In this document: positions 46,002 to 53,868 of the stretch, piece by piece
Layout: every line of letters starts with the position of its first letter
Numbering within the stretch: the stretch's first letter is position 1
Source: an uncultured Bacilli bacterium
GTDB taxonomy: Bacteria; Bacillota_I; Bacilli_A; RF39; UBA660
Direction of reading: 5' to 3'
DNA: 64,000 bases
NCBI GenBank assembly: GCA_947632115.1
Contig: CANROB010000003.1
Span: 14,919-78,918, forward strand
Translations under genes and position numbers: made by a program
The notes under the pieces: generated by a model
The model's input: the letters and a program-made list of their open reading frames with translations, nothing else
Database searches by the model: none
Told to the model about the DNA's origin: nothing

Positions 46002-48101
46002 TTAAACAGCATTTTCTGAAACATTTGGTTCCTCCTGATTAAAAATAATATCTCTTGAAACAATCATTTTATAATCAGCAGAAGATATATCCACAATCAT
46101 TTTTTCTCCCCACGTACTAACAACCAAATCGTCTTTGCTGGTAAAACCAGTAATCGTCATAGCATGACTTTCGCCATTTTTCATGTAGCAATCTCCTCGT
46201 TCCCCAGTAACTGGATCAACAGTATATAAATCATATCCGAAAGAATTCAGCTCGATAGTTTTCCCACTCTTCAAGTTTTCTTTTATTTTATCAATATCTA
46301 TTGGAGGCTCTGGTGGTTTTTCCGCCATTGTTTTTGAATCATAGTAATAATCATATAACGTTTCAGCATCAAATTGATAATCCTCAGCTGGTATTTTTTC
46401 TTCTAAAAATTTTCTTAGAGAACTGGTTCTCGCAAGAGAATAGGATACAGAGAAAAAGTTAAAACTTTCTAAAGGAGAAATGGTGTCGCGTTTTTTTTCT
46501 AAATAATTCTCCACTGTTAAATCTGCAAATTTTTCCTCTTCTGTTTCCTTGTCTCTTTCCTCATCTGTTTTTTTCAAAAAATCATAAATTTCAGTAATAT
46601 CATGTCCAGACCAATAATAAGAAAAGAGTTCCATTGTCAAATAGGTATAATTATATTTTTTTACCCCGTTCGAATTAACGGTATACATATCGTATCCAAA
46701 ATATTTTCTGAATAAGTCTTCTTTTCCTTCAAACTGATCAAAAATAAAGTTAGACATCGCAACATATCCGCAACCACAGTTAGTCAATTGCTGAAAAAAT
46801 AAGCAATAGTCTAATTCATCCGCATCGGGATATTTCTCTTTTAAAAAATTACTAACCCATTCATCTTCTAGAAGTTCATCGGTATGAAAATCAAAATAGT
46901 CTTGATTCCCGCCATAAGTTCCTGTGTAAATATTGAATTTAGAAAAAATTCCTCCCTTTTGCTCTTCGCTCCAATCTCCTACACATCTAATCAAATCTCC
47001 ATAACCCTCATAAGTTAAAGAACGACCATCTTTAAAGTGAACAATCATAAATTTATCATAAACAGTCACACGAGAAATCGTAGAAAGATTCATACTATCA
47101 GCGGTATAAAGAGATAAAAATTTATCCGTTTGTTCATCTTTAAAGGAAACATCATAACTATTTCCATGAAATCGAATATTAGAGATAGCATCTTTTGGAA
47201 CTTCAAAATCTCCAACAACCACAAAATTATCCCCCTGAATATAAAGAGGAGCATCAAAACCAGGAAGATACAAACTCAGCGACTCTCTTTCTCCATCTGA
47301 GTTTAACCACTCCGTACTCAAATCACAAAGGGCATCCAAATTTGACAGTTGAATTCCCTCTTTTTCCCAGATAGTTTCTGTTATTTTTTGACTAAAATAA
47401 TTTGTAACTGTACCATCGAAATAACTAGATCTAAGTATTACAGGTTGAAGAACCTCATCCCAAGAAAAGAAAACACTTCTTATATAATCCTCAATTTTTT
47501 GTAAAATGGGATTTTCTTGAGTAGAAACATGACAAACAGGATTTTTTCGTTTTACAATTCGATTCGTTTTATCATAAACAAGATATCCATTACCAGTCAA
47601 ATGAACGGTTACCGTATTTTTTTCTACCCGAACGTTTTCAACTAACTTACTATCAATATATAATCCATCGGGTAAAAAAACTTGTCCTAATTGATTAGGG
47701 TATAAAGAAATGGTATATCCCTTTTTATCGGTAGAAATATCAGCAACTTCTTCAGCAAGTATTTGCATTCCGTTATCTAAAACAAAACAATTTCCGTCAT
47801 CTGATAGTTTAGGAAGTCTTTCATTAAAATCTGAATTTTCATGGTCAAAAATTCCCGCCTTAAAATCCTCAAGCGTAATACCAAATTTCTCTAAAATTTT
47901 ATTAACTCTTTCTTCTGCATTAGTAACATTTTCTTTCACAAAAGAAAGTGTTTCTTCTATAGGATTATTCCCTGCTTTTTCATGGTCGGTTTTTTCACTG
48001 GAGGTAGCATTTGTCTGTTGATAAGAACCAATACTACTATTTTTTAATCCGTTATAGTCACTATTGAATGTTACTTTCGCCCTTTCAAATCCTTCTGCCA
48101 T
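46002..48101 (-). CDS. array large protein, copy 4 in transcription order (699 aa); putative papain-fold Cys/His C-terminal domain
   Basis: Intact ORF with a GAGGTGA RBS, 10 nt after the small gene's stop. Conserved MAEGFE.. N-terminus. GCGY (Cys444, nt 46770-46772) and SHAMTITG (His646, nt 46164-46166) followed by VSTWG. Confidence 0.85.
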   Translation of the reverse strand: MAEGFERAKVTFNSDYNGLKNSSIGSYQQTNATSSEKTDHEKAGNNPIEETLSFVKENVTNAEERVNKILEKFGITLEDFKAGIFDHENSDFNERLPKLSDDGNCFVLDNGMQILAEEVADISTDKKGYTISLYPNQLGQVFLPDGLYIDSKLVENVRVEKNTVTVHLTGNGYLVYDKTNRIVKRKNPVCHVSTQENPILQKIEDYIRSVFFSWDEVLQPVILRSSYFDGTVTNYFSQKITETIWEKEGIQLSNLDALCDLSTEWLNSDGERESLSLYLPGFDAPLYIQGDNFVVVGDFEVPKDAISNIRFHGNSYDVSFKDEQTDKFLSLYTADSMNLSTISRVTVYDKFMIVHFKDGRSLTYEGYGDLIRCVGDWSEEQKGGIFSKFNIYTGTYGGNQDYFDFHTDELLEDEWVSNFLKEKYPDADELDYCLFFQQLTNCGCGYVAMSNFIFDQFEGKEDLFRKYFGYDMYTVNSNGVKKYNYTYLTMELFSYYWSGHDITEIYDFLKKTDEERDKETEEEKFADLTVENYLEKKRDTISPLESFNFFSVSYSLARTSSLRKFLEEKIPAEDYQFDAETLYDYYYDSKTMAEKPPEPPIDIDKIKENLKSGKTIELNSFGYDLYTVDPVTGERGDCYMKNGESHAMTITGFTSKDDLVVSTWGEKMIVDISSADYKMIVSRDIIFNQEEPNVSENAV

Positions 48102-48111
48102 ATTTCACCTC

Positions 48112-48765
48112 TTATAAATAATCTACATATGTTTTTTCTAATATCGTGACTAAAACAGGAAGTTTTCCTATCAATTTTCTTTCGAAAGTTCTAGAAAATT
48201 CTTGAATAAAGAATTTTTGAACTTTCAAGTTTTCAATAAATTCTTTTCCTCTAACAATATTTTCATTCTTTCCACAGTGAAAAGCAATCACTAGGTTTTT
48301 ACTATCGACAATATTTTTTGGTATCATTGCCCCATAACAGGTAGTTGTGGCTTCTTCATAAACTCCTCTTCTATAGTTATCACGAATTACTTCTGGGTAA
48401 GTTTTTTTCACAACTTCAAGAACAGCCTCATCTACCTTTTCTTTTTCCTTTAAAAGGTCAATATCTTCTGTTTCTAGTTTTTCGATAAATAAAAAATTAC
48501 GAATATAAAAATACTTAGAAGGAGATACTTTTTGATAAGGATTTTTTCTTTCTTCTGGTACTACACCAAAATCTAGATGGATTTCTTCTACCACTTTATC
48601 GCATTGTAATAGGTCAAAATAATGAGCTAAAACTTGATATAAACCTTCTCGATAAATACGCTCTATCTTCTCATAAAGGGTATAATCCTCTTTCCTAATA
48701 AGTCCTTTTTCTTCGGTCATTTGTTGATTGATGAAATCTTTTTGTCTTTTTATTTCTTCTATCAT
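48112..48765 (-). CDS. array small partner protein, copy 3 (217 aa), unknown function
   Basis: Intact ORF with an AGGAGA RBS. No TM helix or signal peptide. 11 of 217 residues differ from the copy at 53145..53798 (hand count). Confidence 0.85.
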   Translation of the reverse strand: MIEEIKRQKDFINQQMTEEKGLIRKEDYTLYEKIERIYREGLYQVLAHYFDLLQCDKVVEEIHLDFGVVPEERKNPYQKVSPSKYFYIRNFLFIEKLETEDIDLLKEKEKVDEAVLEVVKKTYPEVIRDNYRRGVYEEATTTCYGAMIPKNIVDSKNLVIAFHCGKNENIVRGKEFIENLKVQKFFIQEFSRTFERKLIGKLPVLVTILEKTYVDYL

Positions 48766-48794
48766 AAGGATTTCTCCTATCTTTTATTAATATT

Positions 48795-48823
48795 ATTATA
48801 TCAATCCATAACAAAGTCGGTAA
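48795..48823 (-). promoter_or_regulatory. sigma-A-type promoter of array unit (TTACCG, 17-nt spacer, TGaTATAAT)
   Basis: -10 TATAAT at 48800-48795 with TG at -15/-14, and -35 at 48823-48818. The same architecture sits upstream of all three small genes. Confidence 0.6.
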
Positions 48824-48862
48824 TCAAAAGAAATATTAACCAAGGTCTGCCTCATCCTTTAT

Positions 48863-50977
48863 CTATTGAATAGCCTCATCTAAAACGTTTGGTTCCTCTG
48901 TATTTAAAGTAATATCTCTTGAAACAATGGATTTATAAGTCGCGGAAGATATATCCGCAATCCATTTTTGACCCCACGTACTAACAATTAAGTCTCCTTC
49001 TTTGGTAATATCAGTAATCGTCATAACGTGACTTTCGCCTTTTTCCATGTAGCAATCTCCACGTTCCCTAGTAACTGGATCAACAGTATATAAGTCATAT
49101 TCAAAAGCACTCAACTCGACAGTTTTCCCACTTTTCAACTCTTCTCTTATTTTATCAATATCTATTGGAGGTTCTGGTGGTTTTTCCGCCATTGTGTCTT
49201 TATCGTAGTAATAATCATATAATTCTTCTACATCAAATTGATAATCCTCAGAGGGTATTTTTTCTTTTAAAAAGTCACTTAAGCAATTTGTACGTGTAGA
49301 TACGTCTGATCCATTAAAAGGCACAAATCCTACTAAAGAAGTATAGATATCGGTCCTTTTTTCAAAATGATTTCCCACTGTTAAATCTGCAAATTTTTCC
49401 TCTTCTTTTTCTTTATCTCTTTCCTCGTCCGTTTTTTTCAAAAAATCATAAATTTCAGTAATATCATATCCAGACCAATAGTAGGAGAAAAGTTCCGTTG
49501 TCAAATACTTATAGTTATATGTTTTCACTCCACTAGAATCAATGGTATACATATCGTACCCAAAATATTTTTTAAATAAATCTTCTTTGCCTTCAAACTG
49601 GTCAAAAATACAATTGGCTAATGAAATATATCCACAACCACGATCAGTCAATCGCTCAAAAAATAAATAATAGTCTAACTCATCCGCATCGGGATATTTC
49701 TCTTTTAAAAAATTCGTAATCCATTCATCTTCTAAAAGTTCGTTGGTATGGGAAGAAAAGTAGCCTTGATCTCCGCCATAATATTTTACATAACTATTGA
49801 ACTCAGAAAAAATTCCTCCTTTTTGCTCTTTTTTCCAATTTCCCTCACAGTTCATAAAGTCACCATAAAGTTCATAAGTCAAAGACCTGCCATCCTTAAA
49901 ATGAACAACCATAGAATCATTATTCATCGTAATATGAGAAAGGGAGGAAGTATCAAATTCTGTCATGGAAGGATTAGAAAGAGTTAACGTCTCATGCTTC
50001 CAGTTATCTTTAAAGAATACATCATAACTATTTTCATGAAGACAAATCTCAGAAACAGCATCTTCTGAAATCTCAAAAGCCCCATAAGTCCAAAGTTTAT
50101 TATCGCGAATGAGAATAGGATTAGTTAAATTACGGGCATATAAAAATAAACTTCCCTCATCACCCTTCCACTCTATGGTTTTTCCACTATATCCATAAAA
50201 TTGATCTAAATTTGATAATTGGATTCCCTTTTCAGCCCATAGAGCTTCTGTTGTTTTTTGGCTAAAATAATTCCATGTTGTTCCCTCAACATCATCCTTA
50301 AATGTTTCCGTTATTATCGGATGAAGAACCTCATCCCAAGAAAAGAAAACACTTCTTATATAATCATCAATTTTTTGCAAAATAGGATTTTCTTGGGTAG
50401 AAACATGATAAACAGGATTTTTTCGTTTTACAATTCGATTCGTTTTATCATAAACAAGATATCCATCATCAATCAAATGAACGGTGGTTGTATCTTTCTC
50501 TACCCGAATATCTTCAACTAACTTACTATCAATATATAATCCATCGGGTAAAAAAACTTGTCCTAATTGATTAGGGTATAAAGAGATGGTATATCCCTTT
50601 TTATCAGTAGAAATATCAGCTACTTCTTCAGCAAGTATTTGCATTCCATTATCTAAAGTGAAACAATTTCCATCATCTGATAGTTTAGGGATTCTTTCAT
50701 TAAAATCTAATTTGTCATGACTAAGAATTCCTTCCTTAAGTTCATTTAGTGTAATGCCTAATTTTTCTATAATCCGATTGATATTTTCTTTGGCATTAGT
50801 AACATTTTCTTTTACAAAAGAAAGCGTTTCTTCTATAGGATTATTCCCTGTTTTTTCATAGTCAGTTTTTTCACTGGAGGTAGCATTTGTCTGTTGATAA
50901 GAGCCAATACTACTATTTTTTAATCCACTATAGTCACTATTTAATGTTACTTTCGTTTTTTCAAATCCTTCTGCCAT
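48863..50977 (-). CDS. array large protein, copy 3 (704 aa from the homologous ATG); no intact small gene upstream
   Basis: Start placed at the ATG at 50977 (MAEGFEK), by homology with the other copies. The track uses an upstream GTG. It carries the GCGY and SHVMTITD...VSTWG motifs. Confidence 0.85.
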   Translation of the reverse strand: MAEGFEKTKVTLNSDYSGLKNSSIGSYQQTNATSSEKTDYEKTGNNPIEETLSFVKENVTNAKENINRIIEKLGITLNELKEGILSHDKLDFNERIPKLSDDGNCFTLDNGMQILAEEVADISTDKKGYTISLYPNQLGQVFLPDGLYIDSKLVEDIRVEKDTTTVHLIDDGYLVYDKTNRIVKRKNPVYHVSTQENPILQKIDDYIRSVFFSWDEVLHPIITETFKDDVEGTTWNYFSQKTTEALWAEKGIQLSNLDQFYGYSGKTIEWKGDEGSLFLYARNLTNPILIRDNKLWTYGAFEISEDAVSEICLHENSYDVFFKDNWKHETLTLSNPSMTEFDTSSLSHITMNNDSMVVHFKDGRSLTYELYGDFMNCEGNWKKEQKGGIFSEFNSYVKYYGGDQGYFSSHTNELLEDEWITNFLKEKYPDADELDYYLFFERLTDRGCGYISLANCIFDQFEGKEDLFKKYFGYDMYTIDSSGVKTYNYKYLTTELFSYYWSGYDITEIYDFLKKTDEERDKEKEEEKFADLTVGNHFEKRTDIYTSLVGFVPFNGSDVSTRTNCLSDFLKEKIPSEDYQFDVEELYDYYYDKDTMAEKPPEPPIDIDKIREELKSGKTVELSAFEYDLYTVDPVTRERGDCYMEKGESHVMTITDITKEGDLIVSTWGQKWIADISSATYKSIVSRDITLNTEEPNVLDEAIQ

Positions 50978-51020
50978 AAACACCTCTTATAAATATCTAT
51001 AAAAATATCTTTTTTCTTTG
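50978..51020 (-). pseudogene. probable relic of the 3' end of a deleted small partner gene
   Basis: CACCTCTTATAAATA (plus strand) is identical to the stop/RBS junction of the intact small-large pairs. It is followed by degenerate similarity (TCTA.A...TTTTTTCT) to the last codons of the small genes. Confidence 0.5.
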
Positions 51021-51046
51021 ATAAGAAAATTATCTTACCTAATCCA

Positions 51047-53134
51047 TTACTTGGCACTACCTTCACTAATCGTTTCAGAAATAATAGTAGCTCTTTTTGC
51101 ATCCGATACATCTACAATCAGTTTTTTACCCCAAGTACTAACAATTAAATCTCCTGATTTAGTTACACCGGTAATCGTCATGGCGTGACCTCCTCCATTT
51201 TTATGAACCCTTTTTCCTCGTTCTCCAGTAGTGGAGTCAATTAGATATAAATCATATCCAGATGCACTTAACTCAAGAAATCTTCCTTGCTCTAATTCTT
51301 TCTTTATGTTATTAAGAGTCATATCGTAGACTATTTTATCAGCGCCGATTAAAGCATCAGCTTTCTCATAAGGAAAATACAATTCTTCATAAGAATACTC
51401 GAAATTGCTTGGAAGTTTTTCTTTTAAAAATTTTTCTAAGCATTCTGCTCTTTCTAAAATCGTAGATCCATCAAAGTCATCATATTCATCTAAACATTCA
51501 TCTATTTTCTTTTCTTTTTCATCAAAATTCTCTACCGTTAAATTTGGTATTTCCTTGCCTAAATAATCATAAATTTCTGTGATATCATGTCCAGACCAAT
51601 AATAAGAGAATAGTTCTAATGTCAAGTATTTATAATTATAATTTTTAAGTCCATTTTCATTAACGGTATACATATCATATCCAAAATACTCTTTAAACAA
51701 GTCTTCTTTTCCTTCGAACTGTTCAAAGATAAAATTAGACATGGCAACATATCCGCAACCACAGTTAGTCAATTGTTGAAAAAATAAATAATAGTCTAGT
51801 TCATTCGCATCGGGATATTTCTCTTTTAAAAAATCAGTAACCCATTCATCTTCTAGAAGTTCCTCAACATTGTAAGCAAAGTAATGTTGATCCCCACCAT
51901 ATTGATACGCATAATAGTTTAAATCAGAAAAAATACCATTTATTTCCTCTTCTTTCCAATCCCCACTATATCCTGATAATTCTCCATACTCTTTATAAGT
52001 CAATGTTCTACCATCCTTAAAGTGTACTTCTATATAGTCTTTATAAACAACAACACGAGAAATATCACAAAGATCAATACTCACATCAGAATAGGAGCAG
52101 GTAAAAGCGTCATTCTTTCCTCGATCGCGGAAAGAGATCTCATAACTATCACTATTAAAATGAATATCAGAAATGGCCTTTGTAGGAAGCGTGAAAAATC
52201 TCATAACAGAAAAATCTTTTTCCTTGATATTAATAGAAGAGTCAAAATCGAGAAGAGAAAGTTTTAAGTAAGAATTTTTACCAGATTTATCTGAAATTTC
52301 ATAACTTTCGTCATAATGTTGATCTAACCCTGATATCGTAATGCCTTCTCTTTCACATAAGGATTCAAACGTTTCCTGACTGAAATATTTTTTTTCATTT
52401 TTAGAATCTGTGGTAGTGGAAATGACAACAGGATGAATGATATCTTCCCAAGAAAAGAAAACATTTTTTAGATAATATTGAACGATTCCAACCATGTTTT
52501 TTTTATCTGGAGGTATTTGATAACAAGGTTTTCTACGGTCAAGTACCTTACCATCTTTATCTAAAACAAGATAGCCATCTCCAGCTAAAGTAAGCGTTAT
52601 CTTATCTTCTGTTACTGTAATTTTTTTTACTTCACCAGAATCGATATATAATCCTCCTGGTAATAGAGTTTGACCATTTTGACTAGAATCAATAGAAATG
52701 GTATATTCCTCTTGACCAAAAGAAATATCAGTTACTATCTTAGTAGGTATCTGTAGATTATTCTCAAAGTGAAAATAACTGTCGTGAATAGAAAAAGGTA
52801 ACATCTTCCCAGTAAAATTTACATCCGCACCGAAAACGTTTCCTTTCGCATCTACAGTTTGATAGCCACCATCGATATAGGAGCAATCCTCACTATCATT
52901 GATATCTATTCCTAACCCTCTAAAGACCTTACCTAAGTCAGAATTTGAAAAAGGGACACTTTCCGTAGTGTTACTTTGACTCATCCTTACTGAATTAGGA
53001 TTCTCGCCAGAATAGCAATCAGTTTCAGAAAAGGATTCTATCCCATTTTGCCCTGAAGATTGAGGATGAGTCGTTTTAAGGCCATTATAGTCATTATTTA
53101 ATGTTATTTTCGTTTTTTCAAATCCTTCGGCCAT
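51047..53134 (-). CDS. array large protein, copy 2 (695 aa), the most divergent paralogue
   Basis: Same first 20 aa and the same C-terminal motifs (NCGCGYVAMSN, GGGHAMTITG, VSTWG). Residues ~20-220 and the linker are strongly diverged. Confidence 0.85.
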   Translation of the reverse strand: MAEGFEKTKITLNNDYNGLKTTHPQSSGQNGIESFSETDCYSGENPNSVRMSQSNTTESVPFSNSDLGKVFRGLGIDINDSEDCSYIDGGYQTVDAKGNVFGADVNFTGKMLPFSIHDSYFHFENNLQIPTKIVTDISFGQEEYTISIDSSQNGQTLLPGGLYIDSGEVKKITVTEDKITLTLAGDGYLVLDKDGKVLDRRKPCYQIPPDKKNMVGIVQYYLKNVFFSWEDIIHPVVISTTTDSKNEKKYFSQETFESLCEREGITISGLDQHYDESYEISDKSGKNSYLKLSLLDFDSSINIKEKDFSVMRFFTLPTKAISDIHFNSDSYEISFRDRGKNDAFTCSYSDVSIDLCDISRVVVYKDYIEVHFKDGRTLTYKEYGELSGYSGDWKEEEINGIFSDLNYYAYQYGGDQHYFAYNVEELLEDEWVTDFLKEKYPDANELDYYLFFQQLTNCGCGYVAMSNFIFEQFEGKEDLFKEYFGYDMYTVNENGLKNYNYKYLTLELFSYYWSGHDITEIYDYLGKEIPNLTVENFDEKEKKIDECLDEYDDFDGSTILERAECLEKFLKEKLPSNFEYSYEELYFPYEKADALIGADKIVYDMTLNNIKKELEQGRFLELSASGYDLYLIDSTTGERGKRVHKNGGGHAMTITGVTKSGDLIVSTWGKKLIVDVSDAKRATIISETISEGSAK

Positions 53135-53144
53135 ATTTCACCTC

Positions 53145-53798
53145 TTATAAATAATCTACATATGTTTTTTCTAATACCGTGACTAAAACAGGTAGTTTTC
53201 CTACTAATTTTCTTTCGAAAGTTCTAGAAAATTCTTGAATAAAGAATTTTTGAGCTTTTAAGTTTTCCATAAATTCTTTTCCCCTAACAATATTCTCGTT
53301 TTTTCCACAGTGAAAAGCAATTACTAAATTTTTACTATCGATAATATTTTTAGGTATCATCGCCCCATAACAGGTGGTTGTGGCATCTTCATAAACACCT
53401 CTTCTATAGTTATCACGAATCACTTCAGGGTAAGTTTTTTTAACAACTTCAAGAACAGCCTCATCCACTTCTTCTTTTTCTTTTAAAAGGTCAATATCTT
53501 CTTTTTCTAGTTTTTCGATAAATAAAAAATTACGAATATAAAAATATTTAGAAGGAGATACTTTTTGATAAGGGTTTTTTCTTTCTTCTGGTACTACACC
53601 AAAATCTAGATGAATCTCTTCTACCACTTTATCGCATTGTAATAAATCAAAATAATGAGCTAAAACTTGATATAAACCTTCTCGATAAATACGTTCTATC
53701 TTCTCATAAAGAGTATAATCACCTTTCCTAATAAGCCCTTTTTCTTCAGCCATTTTTTGATTGATGAAATCTTTTTGTCTTTTAATTTCTTCTATCAT
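53145..53798 (-). CDS. array small partner protein, copy 2 (217 aa)
   Basis: Intact ORF whose stop lies 10 nt upstream of the large gene's ATG (TAA-GAGGTGAAAT-ATG). Confidence 0.85.
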   Translation of the reverse strand: MIEEIKRQKDFINQKMAEEKGLIRKGDYTLYEKIERIYREGLYQVLAHYFDLLQCDKVVEEIHLDFGVVPEERKNPYQKVSPSKYFYIRNFLFIEKLEKEDIDLLKEKEEVDEAVLEVVKKTYPEVIRDNYRRGVYEDATTTCYGAMIPKNIIDSKNLVIAFHCGKNENIVRGKEFMENLKAQKFFIQEFSRTFERKLVGKLPVLVTVLEKTYVDYL

Positions 53799-53827
53799 AA
53801 AGTATTCTCCTATCTTTTACTAACAAT

Positions 53828-53856
53828 ATTATACCAATCCATCATAAAATCGGCAA
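53828..53856 (-). promoter_or_regulatory. sigma-A-type promoter of array unit (TTGCCG, 17-nt spacer, TGgTATAAT)
   Basis: -10 at 53833-53828, TG at -15/-14, and -35 at 53856-53851. Confidence 0.6.
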
Positions 53857-53868
53857 TCAAAGGAAATA

